NCBI RefSeq assembly: GCF_026210795.1
Contig: NC_089433.1
Span: 1,178,001-1,242,000 of the forward strand
Direction: 5' to 3'
DNA length: 64,000 nt
DNA from: Rhizophagus irregularis
Taxonomy: Eukaryota
Under the pieces are notes generated by a model. That model searched no databases. It had not been told where the DNA came from and was given only the letters and a program-made list of their open reading frames with translations. Below, piece by piece: positions 1 through 15,049 of the stretch; position 1 is the stretch's first letter; the number at the start of each line of letters is the position of its first letter. The position numbers and the translations under genes are program-made.

Positions 1-195
1 TCGATTAATCTCCAACTTCTAAAAATTTAATCAATGTGTTCTATCACAAAAGTAAAGTTGCAAAATAAAAAAATTAAAACGAGTTTTATTAGTTTTATTA
101 AGAATTTATCTGTAAAATTTTGAAACTTAAAAACAAATAATTGTTCTATTATAATATAATGTAATTTTCTTTGTTTTGTTAAGTGAACATGTACC

Positions 196-428
196 AGGAC
201 CCAGAAATATATATAAAAGGGTCAGGTTTGAGTTTGCGTATTTTGAACTAAAAAAATCATGAAAATCTTTCCTTTTTTAGATAATTTTTGATAATGCCAG
301 TCAGAATTTTATTCCCTATTATAGTAACTGACTGGCATTATCATAATTCCGGCACTGAAAAAATGCGTACAGCTCATAGTAAAAAATTTTTTCATCACCT
401 GACCCCTATATATATATTTCTGGGTCCT
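196..428. mobile_element. Non-autonomous TIR element (MITE), short derivative of the element at 44220-44894
   Basis: Imperfect TIRs AGGACCCAGAAATATATATA..GGGTCAGG / CCTGACCCC..TATATATATTTCTGGGTCCT; 8-bp direct repeat CATGTACC at 188-195 and 429-436; shares internal GCGTACAGCTCATAGTAAAAAA with the 44.8-kb copy. Confidence 0.85.
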
Positions 429-1979
429 CATGTACCACTGCAAGTTAAAACTTTTTAACCATGTTTTATTGTAAGTACCATAGTTCAACCTCTTCACAAA
501 ATACCATAACTTTTATAAAAGCCCAAGAAGCTGCAACGCAGTGTTTCAATTTGTTTATCCGCAATCCGTATTCGTGGACGGATATCCACCATTTACGGTG
601 TAATGCCGAAATTTACCTAATGAATTTATTAAATGTGGGGCGTAGTATTATATTTAGTTTAAATGTGTAATGAATATATAGGTAGCATGACAACTGATAC
701 ATTTTCGATTCGGTTTACAGTAATTCAAATATGAATTGTTGTTACTGTTGTACATCAATAACGTCATCACATGTTCACTTTCTAATAAAATAAAGTAACA
801 AAGGAAATGTAGATCAGATAATACAAGAATTACGTAATTATGTACTGTACATTGCGATAATAGTTAAGGATTTATGGAGTAATATCAATAATGAAAAGAT
901 AATCTTCAGAATTATGAATTTTGTATAGAAATAATGAAAGAAAAGTTTAGAATATTTTTTTAAAAAGGAAATTAATTATAACAGGATGAAATTAACTTAG
1001 CCCAAAATATCTAAATTGAATAAATTAAGACACAGATCAAAATGAAACTTTAAAAATTTTAAAAGGGATTAATTTTGGAATTAAAAAGGGTAAATATTAG
1101 TAAGCGGGAAAATTGAATTATTTTATTAAGGATTTTGTTTTATTCTGATAGTATTTATTAATGTATTAATAAGCATAAAATGAGAAATATAACTATCAAA
1201 GTTTGACATTTGAAATTTAGGAAGTTGGGATTTTATTAATGATTTAGAATTTTGAATAAGAGATTATAAATGTCTACGCATTATGAAAAATGCTCAATCA
1301 CGTGAGTTTCTCTGTCCCTCATGTGACATCATCCAATGAAATCGCAAATGCGAGGTTTATCTTTTTAATCGCACTGGACTTCATTTCCTAGTTTATCAGT
1401 AGTTAAAAATTGTATAGTCTTTATTGATAATCATAGCGGAACCATCAATGATATCTACTTCCCTATGAAATAACTAACATTCCTATCAAAGTTGATAAGC
1501 ACAAATCAATCAAATCATAGATAAAATTACGTAAGTAAAAAAGTATAAATTTAATAATTACATAAGCTAATTCTAATTATAATATTATAAGCAACCTTTA
1601 TTATTGTTAAATAGGATAAATACAGTTATTACAGTTTATCTTACAGCCAAATAGGATTAATTAATATTGATGTTTTCTCATACTAAATAATATGTAAAAG
1701 TTAAAAGGACCTGTCATGTTAACATATACAATTATTATTGGTTATATTGTGGAACTGTAGAGTTTTACGCTTGCTTAAATAATTCACAATCTCGAATTGG
1801 TAAAATTTAAAAAATCCGCTGCAAAAATTTTTAAAAGAAAAAAAATATTTTTATACAAAATGTCAGAATTTTTTTTTTTTTTGAGATCAGAGTATCGTAG
1901 CGGCCCATTTCGGATATTTAACAGAACAATAGGGAAAACTTCACGAGAACTATAATGTATATTTATAAATAAAGTAAAA

Positions 1980-2420
1980 AATTATTTAAATTACAAACTA
2001 AGAACTTGTAACCATTTTACTATTATAATCTTAGCTTTTAAATAATTCTAAATAACAAAAAAAAAAAAAGAAAACATAATGACGATATAAATTTTAAAAA
2101 AACCCACAAATATAATTAAATTTCATTTTTTAATACCTAAATAAATAAGTAGATAAAGTAGATAAAAATTAATTTATATACATACAAAAATTAGTTGTAG
2201 ATGGCCTTTTTGATGGATTCTTATCCCAGCATTTTTCATCAATAGTAGTTCAAAGTGAAAATTTATCAGCCAAAAGAACTCGAGATGAAAATACAAAACA
2301 AAATATAGTAGAAGTTGAATTTGAATTTGACAAGCTGTAAACATTATTTTTATCTGATTAGTTCTTGCCGTAATCAAATTAGGACGTCAAATTCATCAGG
2401 CAACTAAAGAATACAAGATA
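1980..2420 (-). pseudogene. 3' remnant of a TKL-type protein kinase gene (subdomain XI, last exon, 3' UTR)
   Basis: Frameshifted LMK.CWDKNPSKRPS at ~2200-2245; 3' UTR motif TTATTTAAATTACAAACTAAGAA also found behind the kinase at ~17180 and ~17320. Confidence 0.7.
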
Positions 2421-2959
2421 CGCTTATAACAATTTTAATATACGCCAGTTAATAAGTAGTTAATCAATTGTATTTGAACGTCCAAAATTATGGTCATATC
2501 AATCTAGAGTACTTTTGTTATTTTTGCGTGCGAATATAAATTTGATTTAAAATACAAAATATAGAAAAAGAATAAATTACTCAAAATACGGAATAATAAT
2601 AATTAATAAACTACTATATACCAAAATATAAGAAAACTATCTATGGTAGTTTCTAAATACCAATCTTTGAAAACTAAATTATCTGCCTTCATTTATGAAA
2701 TTACAAAATCTCGTTTTAATGTTTCGGCCGCGATGAATAAATCAAATAAAAAATCATATCTTCTTGTAATGAAAATTCCCCAGTATAAATATATCTAATA
2801 AAAATAAAATAAAATTAATTTTAAAATTTCGAAATTTTTTGATTATTAAATAAAATGATAAAAATTGACTTTATGTTATCATCACTAATTGATGTTGGGA
2901 GAGAAAGATATAATATTAAAAATCAAATTTAATAAAATAGTTATAAAATTATTAATTAC

Positions 2960-3936
2960 CTAAAGTTTTAGCTTTAACTCTTTGAAATGATAAGAACGAC
3001 TTGTGTAATGAGTACCAGGATGATTATCGATTAGGTTCATAGACCGATTATACTTTTTTCTACGTGAATTTGCTAAAAAAATCTTTATTTGGTCTTTCAT
3101 GGTTTTCTAACGTTGTTATAATTTGTTGAGCTGTTGGACGATTTTTTGGATCCAAATCCCAATTAATTCCATGATATATTTAGGAATACCCAATTTCTGG
3201 ACATCACGTCTTCAAATTCTATTTAATTAATTTTCCTTTATAATTAAACTTATGAGGACCAAGCTTATAATTACCATAATTTGTTTTTTTGCATCTAAAT
3301 CGTCCACATTTTAAACAATATCCATCATTACTTCTTTTTTCAGGTCTACACTTACAATATGAATAATTACATTCTAAACACCAAGAACACATAATTATGT
3401 TTTCATTATCTTTTTCGCATACTTCGTTAATTTTCATTTCGTTCATAGCTTTATTAAGTTCTACAAAATCTAAAGTTTTTCCAAGAGTCAGTGAAAAGGC
3501 TCGTAAAATAATAAAAGAACGTTGTATTCCAGAAATATAGATGGGAGATATTCCACCCATACACATTCTTACCTTCATTATACTTCTCATGTACTTCGTT
3601 AATTTTCGTTTCGTTAATAAATTCATTATTAGATAAATATGGTTCTACAAAATTTAAAATTTTTCCAAGAGTCAGTGAAAAGGCTCGTAAAATAATAAAA
3701 GAATGTTGTATTGTTGTCCAGAAATATAGTTGTCATCCAGATGCCAAAAGCTGAATAAGCAGATGGGAGGTATTCCACCCCATACACATCTTACCTTTAA
3801 AAAATTTCCTTCTTTTATTTTTTTCTTCTTTTTTTTTAATTTCGTTAAACTTTTTCATTCGAAAATAATTTCTTATATTATTTTTACATAATGTTATGAA
3901 AGGACGATATTTTTGTTTGAGATTTCTTTTAGGCAT
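2960..3936 (-). pseudogene. Degenerate gene with Cys-rich segment and kinase-family C-terminal tail; internal ~185-bp duplication
   Basis: ORF fragments 3733-3936 and 3219-3626 (CxxC-rich); reading past stops gives WDLDPKNRPTA...HPGTHYTSR; 3458-3575 duplicated at 3642-3798. Confidence 0.5.
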
Positions 3937-6900
3937 TTTTCATTTTTGTTGAAGTCACTAAATTTTTCAGTTTTAGTGAATTGAATGTGGAATGATTGTC
4001 TTTAAATATTAAATGGAAGTTAACATATGACTCATTATTACAGTGTTGGAAAGTTGACATAAAATGACACAAATGATCTGATCTAAATGAAATGTCACAC
4101 GTCATAATGTCATTTCAGAGAGCAAATATTTGTCATTTAGAATTATATCAGAATTATTATACAAATTGCGGCATTTTGGTGTTAGTCAGGATTATATATT
4201 CCATGTGCCCATAACTATAGCTGCGGTCAACCCGTAGCATTTGTATTATCAAGAAACCGTTAGCACGCCAAATACGTACTTAACGCGGAAGTTGGACTTC
4301 AACATACAACTTGACCAATATCAGATATGAACAAACCTTATTGAGAGTTGATTGCTCTAAAAATGTGTGAAGCAACCGTTTAAGTTTGGAATATACATTA
4401 CTATCAAACATTATGATAATAAAAACAGTAAAAAATGGGAATTTCAAGAATCATACAATTTCTTTAAAGAATATAAAAACTTTAAATTTGATATCATCAG
4501 ATTACAAGTCCAAATTTCAAGATGAAACTGTATACCTCGACTCCATATGAACCCAATACTTCATTGACACAGCCAACTCCTCCTGATCGTATTATATTAA
4601 AAAAATTCAACACCTGCCATATAAACTTTTTAGTCATCTTCATCCACCCTTATAGCCTGAACAGAAAAAATCTAAAAAACGTAAAAAGAATTGACGTAAA
4701 TGACAATTAAAAATGGCTTGTCATAAAAAAGAAAGGCAACTAGAACAAGAATAATTAATGAAAGAACACCAAGAACATAAAAAGAACCCAGTGTATATCC
4801 AACAAAAGAAAGAAGTGGACGCTGCCTGAAACTTGAACGTTAAGCTAAATGTCTTTAGCCAAATGTGAAAAAAATGAACAATGGAAAGCGCAATGGAAAG
4901 CACAAAAAGTTGTAGATAAAGCTGCACACACGATGTTAATTCCGCTATGCAATCTAGATACGAATTTCACCTCAACAAGAAAGATTTCAAATTTCTCTCA
5001 TGCCAAGACATGTTCATCAAATGCTCTCACCTATGAGCGACAATGAAACTTCTGACAAATGTAAACATTCAAAATCAACAATCATTGACGAAAATGACAT
5101 GCCTACCTCTGGGTCTAAGAGGATGAGTGATTACCATCTCCCATCTCCTCTCCATAAATAGACCACCTTTCATTATCCCTGATAGAACTGGTCATTCCTA
5201 AATAGTTCAAGGTTTATTATTTTAGGCGGGACGTTCTCACGCGTGAGGTTAGGTTTTAACTTTTAGAATGTTTTATTACTTTATTTTAGAGTGATTTCTA
5301 CATGGTGCTGTACCTTCATTCTGTCATCATGTTAAAAATAAAAATAATCATTTTTAAGTTTCGAACAAAATGAAACTTATTTTTTTTTTTGATGTTTCAA
5401 ATGAACTTTAGAAACTTTTTAAACTTTTCGTAATTTTTTATTTAAACTTTAGTAGTATAGTAAAGTTTTGACTTTTGAAACTTAACTTTTAAAAACTTTT
5501 TTATACAAATGAAGTTTCGAATTGAAAAAGTCATGTTGATAACTAGGCGATTGTTAATAATAATGAATTTTTATTTGAAATAATAATTAATCTTTAATGA
5601 ATTGCCATTTTATTAACATTAAATGTTCATTAAAGATTTAATGATTTAATTAATTTATTTAATTTATTTCAATTAATGATTCTTTAACAAAAATAACAAT
5701 TCTTTTTTAAAAAAAAATAATTTGATTAATAAATTAGGTAATGGTTATAGCACAAAATTGAGAATCTTAATTTTTGATAAAACGATAAATATGAAAATTT
5801 TTTGGTCAATAAAATAAGTATTTTTGTTCATTAATTTAAATAATATTATTTTTAATAATTTTATTAGTAAAATTTATGGTTCGGTCGGTGGTTCTGATAG
5901 AGTCATCCCCATCCCCAATTATTCCTATAAAAAAATTTATCCGTTATTTTAAAAATGAGCCTTTCACGGATCCATTCACAGAAAATGTAAATAATTCAAT
6001 AAATTCCATGATATAAGGTTATTAATTCCAGAAATATGAACCTTTTATGGAAAAAAGATGGAATATAAAAAACGGATTGACTTATAAGTATCATTGATCA
6101 AAGCACTAGGATAAATTCGGAATTTTGCCAAAATCAAATAATGATGCAATATTTATTACTTGTGACACGTTACTTGTGAAATATTATTTTAAAATGTATA
6201 AAAATAATGTATATTTTTTCGTAAATCATGTAGGAATATTCAAGTATATAGTTTAATAGCGGTACGTAGTGTCGCATTAGACTATTATATAGTTTAAATC
6301 ATATTAAAATCATGTCCATACATGTATACCAATAATTGGAATAAAATATTCAATTATTAAATAGTTCTACTAAATCAAGTGATTTTCTTTAGCAAGAATA
6401 AATTTAAGGATAGATTCTCTCATTTATTGTGAATATCCTGACATAAATATAAATTAGGCAATTAAATATAGTGCTTTACAGGCATTGTATTATCTTCTTA
6501 ATATAAAGCTTAGTAAAGCATGAAATTAATTCTCAACTTCCTACCAACTTTATAATTTATAATTTTTAACTACATTTTATGATTTTATTCAAAAATGTGT
6601 TCGTATGGAGAAATCCCTTTGATAACTAATTTCAAGAATACTAAATACTTTATTGCAATAAAAAGTTCCCAATAATAAATTATGCATGATACCATATATA
6701 ATTTTGATTTAATTAATTGACCGTCCACGGTTTGCTTGTAATTACTGTAATGTAAATTGTAATCAAATAATTCTTCACATTTTCAATAAACGGTTTGTAC
6801 TTGGAAACTTTTATTTCCTCATGTTAACATTCTCACGAGATCTTTTTAAATTGCTATGCTACTAACTTTCATATATAAAACTTTGTCTAAATGAAAAAGT

Positions 6901-8999
6901 TTGTATAATATTCTTTCCTACAGCTGGCTACAGTACCACCTCTTTGCAAAATATATAACACTCCAAGTATTCTCATTACCACTAATTCAAACCAAATTTT
7001 GAAAATCTTAATATGTGATGACTTAATTATTTTGATAAAAGAATCTATTGAGATTTATTTCGAATTATAAATGAATTTAAAGGAGCAATATAACTCGAAA
7101 AGAAATTTCAGCCAAATAGATAGGTAACCCATTAACATTGCAATTATATTACTTTCTACAAACTGTTAATATAGAACTTGATTAAGAATTTTCTTATTAA
7201 AAGCGAAAAATCAAATGTTATTGTTGAATGGTTTCGGCTGACTATCATGTGTGGTTAACAAAGAAACGTTCGTGACCACAAAGTTTTCGTAGAAGAGTAG
7301 ACGTAATATATTGTTCTTCAATAATTAAATAAATTGGGAACATTATTATTTAAACAATAAATTGAAAAACCACTTGATTGTTAATTTTTATATGCTATAT
7401 TTTATGCATATACTGCACAACTAGATAATTTAAATTATTGTGGCTGTGATTTTTGTACAGCTTTCCGCAATTTCAGGCTTTGTCAATATTATGTGGCAAA
7501 GTTTTGAATGTGACCTTGATTGGAAAAATTAAATGTGTAGATTTTTTATTCGTTCAATTTGCTGTAAAAAAAAAAAAATATATTTAAATATAAATAAGTC
7601 TGAAGTTCATTGATTTTTGTCTTTCAAAAAATTATATATCATTAAATTAAAAACAGAGAAAATAATAATTATTATTAACCACTTAAATAATATCATAAAA
7701 AGTTTATAATTATGTATAATAATAACAATGGTTTTTGTACAATTTAACAAAAGACACTTTTATGTAGCCACTTACGAGAATCTACTAAAATTAAATTAAA
7801 TTCAAATTAAATTTTTAGAGTCTATAAATATGACAAAAGTTTCTATTATTTTATCTTTAAATGAAAATAATATCAATCAAATTATTAATTATGTTGTTTA
7901 TCCATCATCATCATGGTTTACAATCTTCCCAAGATATCTCATCAAAAATCAACTCCTTACAAAAAGGATACATTAAATGAAATTTTTATATAACATTACA
8001 GTAAACATAAGATACATTATTATCAATTGATTCTGTAGAATGGGAAAAATATGTATGATATAAGTATACAATAATTCGTTAACACGGAAATACCTACAGG
8101 ATTTACAAATAAAGAAATGGTGTAGAATCATCCCTATAAGAGATTTATCTAATATTATAAAAATGTTGTCAATGTCAGCACAGCCAGGAGCAACTTTAAT
8201 ACTGACGGGAGCAACTTTTTATAGTAAGATTTACTAAATACCAGATCACCATCCATTCACCATAATGAATTTTACCAGGTCTTTGGTCCAAATTTTAATT
8301 TTAAAGACACTTGAAATTCAATCATAGATAGTTTAAATAATTTCTATGCATTAATACTTTTCATCAACCCAGATTTAGATCATTAGTTCTTCAAACACTT
8401 TCATTTAATTACCTAAAATCAAATTATTATATTATATGTTAGCCTATATATAATTAATATCAAAAGTTATAGAAGATGAATATATATGGATATAACCAAT
8501 CTGCTTCTTGATTTAGCTTATAATGGATGGCATAAAATCAGGAGCAAAATCTGTAAAGACATTGAACACAGTATCTAGATAATTTTTTAGTTACCACAGT
8601 AATCCTAGTTTTGATGTAAATGCTATCTCTGTTAAAAACATACTGAAGAGATAAATGATGAATTGATTTTCAAGAAATTAAACTTTCATTTTTATTTTTA
8701 TTGTTTTTGCCAATAACTCTCCTATTCTTTTCATAAGCCAATTTTTTTTTCGCCACTTTTATACGTTATTTTCTCCATTTTTTTCACTATGACCAGAGTT
8801 ACCGTAAATAAACTCCAATGACTCTGGATATTTATACTATTCATTTTTGATTTTACTAAAAGAATTTATTGATGTAAGATGTATAGATCATTATATAAGA
8901 TTTTGAAATGGAATTTGGAGGGAAATTTACCATTGATGAACAAGAATTAATGGCAAGTAATTAGCATATTTCTTGTAAATAAAAAATACAAGGAAATAG

Positions 9000-9950
9000 A
9001 AATTCAAGAAGATTTTGCAATTATAAATTTTGGAAATATTGAGACAAAACTGTAGTAATTATGCTGCCTAATATTATAAATTTTATTATAAATATTAAAT
9101 ATAGTGTTAATAATCATTAAAAATATTAAATAGTGTAATTGGACGATGATATTGGCAAAATCATATTAATAAGTGGAGAATATAAAAAAATTGACATAGA
9201 AGAAGGTTTTCATGTTATAAAAAAATTGATACTGACTGTAAGAATTTCGAAAAAATCAGCATGGTTAAAAAAGTTGAAAGACAGATTTAGTTATAGTTTC
9301 ATCTGAAAATAATTTAACTAGAGCAGATAAAAATTGTTTAGAGAATTCCCGAGATTTTAATAGCTAAAAAATTAAGACATGAAAATCAACTCAAGCAGAT
9401 CGGCTATATATAGAGTTAGAATCTCTTTATAATCTAACTCTGCCTTTATTCAAAAGGAAAAGGATGAGTTTCAGGCTTATTGAAAAGAAATAATTTAGTA
9501 CAATTTTTTATTTCCCTAATTTTAACATTATTATACAATATTTGACAAAACTTTCAATGATGATGATTTCAAATTCTCTATAAACAAAAAATTGACAAAT
9601 CTCATTTTCTATATTTCACTGGAGAAACCTTGTGCAGGATGAAATTACAGTATATATTGTTATATTTTTGGAAAATTTGATGGTTTTTGTCATCCAAGAA
9701 ATTATAGCATTATTTGTTTCTATCACAATTTCTAAAAATAAGTAGAAATTTATAGTTAGTAATGCCTATGAAGACTTCAACTATCTGTTACATACATGAG
9801 TCCACCGAATGTCTAATGCAAGAATACACCGTAAAGGAAGTTATGGTGGTTGCATTAATGCAGTTTCTGTTGAAAGACTTTGGAGTTGTATGGGATTTTT
9901 ACAAACAAATGTTACAATTAATTGTATATATATTAGTTACTATTCAATTT
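9000..9950 (+). mobile_element. Degenerate hAT transposase remnant (C-terminal dimerisation domain)
   Basis: Off-track frame at ~9851-9907 reads CINAVSVERLWSCMGFLQT, matching the hAT dimerisation motif (S.S.ERxFS); flanks full of stops; boundaries approximate. Confidence 0.6.
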
Positions 9951-12900
9951 ATGACTGATGAAGAAACTAAATATTTGATAGATCAAAGGATGTTTAGGAA
10001 TGAAGTGTTTTGGGGTTTAAGTAGTGTAAATCAAATGGACTTTTGGAATAGTATCACAATAAAATCAACAAATGCTTTTGAACAACATTTATGACAATAC
10101 AAATAAAAACAAAATGGAAAAATTTTGTAAAGGAACATACTGCAAATATACTAAATATATAAAATTATTAATTACTCTGGATTTCTTATTATCATTTTAA
10201 TTCTAATGATATATAAGTATCTTAGCAGAACTGTAATCCATTATTCTTAAAGAACTGTAAACTTCACCACAAATTAAGGATTTATATTAGATATTATCAA
10301 ATCATTGCCATCTTATTAATCAAAGTAGAAAAAATAATACAATAGTTATTTTTTAATCATTCATTTAGAAATCTATATCTGAAATGAACCAATCAATAAT
10401 TACACCAAATGAATGATAAAATTAATAGAAATTAAATGAAAATACACTTGATCTTTTAATCGGAATAGCAACATTTGAAGAAGTAAGTCACATATTGGAA
10501 TCTTTTTCATCATTAATATTATTAATTTATAGAAATTGCAAATTATGTATAAGTTTATTAAAAAAAGATGAATTCATTACCCAAATTAAACATATAAATC
10601 TTTATGATGATAATCCTACAATTACTTTACCAAACACCCTTACTACTTCTAAAATTTATATTCCTATTATTAAAATAATTTCAAATACTATCATTATCAC
10701 AACTGATGATGACGAAATACCTGATGATTACTATCCAATTTCTATTGATGATGATACAGTAATATAGTCAATAATATTATTCAATTAAAACAACTAATCA
10801 AAGCTTTGAAATAAACTAAAAACTATGAAAAGAAAATACTAAAAGTCAATACACAAAAAGCTGGCAGGTTTTGCATATATATAAATGTTAATAATGATAT
10901 AGGTTTATATCCTAATACTGATAAAAAACAAGCATTCATTAAATCAAACTTTAGAGATATCAATCAAAGGATTTCTTATCTGTTATATTTGAAATAGACT
11001 TAAAATCTTATTGATTCTAATGCTAAATGGACATTAATAATTTTTTTAACTCACAAGATATGAAAGATGACTAAAGCCATAAACAGCTATTATTTTCATA
11101 TGTTAGACAACCCAACCCATCAAAGTAGAAGTTTTTGGAAAAATCTTGAACAGTTTGGAGCTTTCATTAGTTATGGTGATCTTCCATATACCAGTTCTGA
11201 CACTGCCAGCTCTCATAATGTTAAACATCAGAATTGTATTAATGATTTACTTTTTCACCTACTTTCTAATGAAAAAATTTCTTCTTGGACTAATAATAAA
11301 ATATCATATAAGGAAATTACTGAACATCTAATTAACTATTGACTGGATGCATATAAACTTCCCTTCACAATAGAATAAACTTTACCAAAATTAAAAAATT
11401 TGTTTACAGTATCATATGATCAATAACTGTAATCAAATACCAATCAACATGAAAGATAAAAAAATTTCTATTTTAAATAATCAATAAAAACAACTTAACT
11501 CAAAATTGGCTAGTACATCAAACAATAATGAAATAGAGTTTATTCCAGATTTATATAATAAGGAAGCCCATAGAAATACAAATGATCTATAAAGCATTCA
11601 TCTCCAAAGATTCAAAAGTTTCTTTGTAAATGAAAAATATTTTGTAAAGTTACAAAAAAAAACACGTGTTATTCATTTTCTTTGCCATATTAAAGAAAAA
11701 AAGACATACATGAACAATATAATATACTTAAAGTATTTCTACAAATCAAATCTCAAACAATAACAGTACACAAAAGGAAATAATGGGACCTTGCGAAAAT
11801 TGCAAAGCTATTCAGAATTGGTTGAAACATTAATACAGAAAATTATATTTGAAACTAAGATACTAATATCATTAGGGTAGTTGATATTAAACTCCTTATA
11901 CAACACATAGTTAATCAAATAGGTAAAGCCATTATTTCATACAAAGAAATAATTAAAAAACCAAACAATCAATACTTTAATGCCAATCAACAACCTGGAA
12001 ATAACAACACAGCATCTATATCACAATAAAAAATGGTTCAACACAAGGAAACTTTATTTTAAACAAGCTATCATTAAATTTTCTAATAATAAATCAACTA
12101 CTTGATAGATATCCCGATAAAATGAAATTTTATATATTTTTAATTTGGTTTTGTGATATTTTTATATATAAATGTATACATTCATACAAACCAACATATT
12201 TTCTTCTACCAAAATTTCATATATCTATATTTTACCAAATGATTATATAGGAAATGATAATAAATTAGAAAAACCTTTTCTTTACCAAAATTATCTACAC
12301 TTGCCCAAATCTTTCAAAGGCAAATTATTCTCAGACACAAAATTTTGGCATAAGAATTTGTTACATATTCTCCTGCTTTGCCCCAACATGAACTTAAAAC
12401 ATGAATGGAAAATTACAATACATTTAAAAGGGCAGTATGCACTTTTTTAGTTAAATTATGCAACATTTATGAAAAATACATCCATCAATTCAAAGATTGT
12501 GATACTCCATACAAGATAGATCTTAATAATCATAAATTATATACCAAGATCTTTATTCAAAAAGAAAGAACAAACCTAACACAAAATAAAGAACTTATAA
12601 TAACTATATATAGTATAAGGAAAGTATCTCCAGTACATTCTTAAGGTATTATAAAAGCGGGCTGCTGATAATTTAAGCTGATTGTTGATTTGGGCAAATC
12701 GCAATTTAAATCTTCAGATAAGAATATAAGATCCACATGTACTAAACGTGAAAACATGTAAATTAGTAAATTTAACTCCAAAAGAGTGCTTTATACTCTG
12801 CAAGTAAGCTTATTAGAAAAATATATAAGGATGTAAATACCATAAAAAAGTTAAACTGGAAAAGACAATGATAAAATCAAGTTAAATAATTAGTTCAAGG

Positions 12901-14099
12901 CTCAAAGACTCATTACTTTTATATTATTAAGCTCAACCAAATTTCTCTGCAATGATACAAGATCTTACTGTTACTGCTCTTAATACAGCTATCAGAAATG
13001 TATCCTTAGAGCTAACACAACTTCCAAACATTCTGGCAGTTAATATCAACAATATAATCTAACTAAACTGTAATAATATCAAAAATACCAACTTTAGAGA
13101 TATTCTTAAAAAAAATATTAAAAATATTCTTATTCTTATTCTTATTAACTAATCATGAGCGACTCCAAAAACTACTCTGGCCAAAATGGTGAATCCTATG
13201 TTTGATTTGTATTAATTGTATTACTTATCAATTCAATAATTCTAAAAAGGCCAGTATTAACTCATAATGGACAGAATCAAAAACAAAAAGGGTAAAGCTA
13301 ATAGAATAGTTTTTTACATATATCACAATCCAACATCCAACACCCTCTAACAATAACAAATGCTACATAAAATTAAGAGAATAATTCAACAAAATCAAAA
13401 AATTATATAAAATACTATCTAAACAATATATAATTTTCAAATAGAATATTAAGAATAATTCTAATCAAGACTTCTTGATAGTTCTTGATAATTAAAAAAA
13501 ATAAACCCTTTTTTTGCAGACCGAACATAGTGCATATGCAAATAAATAATACATTCATTATTCCCTTAAAAATGGCAAATACCCATGGGCTCTCATAAAC
13601 AACTTGCTCATCCAGGATTCTAATACAAAACTAACCAAAGAAAGCAAAGAAAGTACCAAAGAAGAGGTAAGCCACCAAAGTCCAACCTTAGCGTTATTTA
13701 TACATCGTCTGACAAAGATATCACTGTATTAGCTATGATATAATTTCAGAACTCAAATGGAAATTAAAAGAATTTGTAAAGTAGGAAATTGTATTACAAT
13801 ATTCTCCTTTAATTTCAAAAGGACAAAGTTGGGCTTATTATAAAATTAAAAAAGAAAATTATTCCCTCCAAAAAAACTTCTATCAACTCACCTTTTATCT
13901 TTCATCCTTTACACCTTCAACAATTTAAATAATATGAAATAATACTTTTAATTTAAAACAGCAGATTTAATTTTCCAGAAAAGAAAAATTTTAATTTCAG
14001 AATAATTTAAAGGGAAATTTTTATTTAGTTTATTTTACAGATAAAAGGAGCTCAATAATGTTAATAAAAAAGGTAGATAAATAAGTCAAAAATACATGT

Positions 14100-14560
14100 T
14101 TAAAACAAGATAAAATATCAGCATACTTGATAGATATAAGTTATATTGACATATTATGTCATACTGTATGATGCAACATTACTTTAATATAGAAAAAATT
14201 AATGGACGTATATTAATAGTTGATTTTTCTTTTAGAAATAACAAAAAATTACGTTTAATATTATTTTATAATTTAGCTAATCATAGGACTGGTGAAGAGA
14301 TTAACAACAAGATTGATATGAATACACATGTGATTAAGCAGATTAAGAAAGCTAAATCTCAAAAAATGGAAATTATTTGTTGTGGTGATTTTAATTTACA
14401 ATATCGAAGGTTTAAAAAACGACAAGATAATAAACAGTCTATACCAAAAATGTTAAAAATTTTTCAAAAACTTGAGGATCTTAATTTATGGGATGTTCAT
14501 AAAGAAACTTATGATATGGATAATACAAAAGAAATAATGACTTATTGGTGCTTTATTTGA
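14100..14560 (+). mobile_element. LINE APE-type endonuclease fragment
   Basis: GRILIVDF...LRLILFY...IICCGDFN...L.D pattern of the EEP/APE endonuclease of non-LTR retrotransposons; truncated at ~14545. Confidence 0.7.
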
Positions 14561-15049
14561 TTATTGGAATGATCCTCCTACAGCACATCAAATTTTATTC
14601 AATTTCAGCCATATTTAAATAAGATTATAAAGAATTTTGTTGATGATATATATGAAATATTTACACAGTATTTTGGTATAATTTAATATTTCAATTGCAA
14701 ATTATTTGGTAAGATAAATTTCTTTTGAAATATAATTTACTTTAGCATTTGGGTTTGCCTATTAATTATTTATTATATTAAACAAAAAATTCATTCATGT
14801 AATATTTTATCTATCTTGAAAGTAATTTTATTGGGCATCCCTATAGGATCATGTTATTTAATTTCCGCTTAATATTGTTAATGCATTACTCATTTACCAA
14901 ATATCATTTACATAAGTTTAGCTTAATACTGTACAACAATTCAATTTGAAATGAAATATAAATGTACAATTATTAAAAATTGATCCGTTTCCTTTAAAAA
15001 TATCCTGTAAAGTTTCAGTTTCATTTATTGTTAATTTGTTGGATTTGTT

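Noticed and set aside
10200..13900. Coding-like degenerate stretch upstream of the LINE endonuclease (possible ORF1)
   Set aside because: Too decayed to assign a motif
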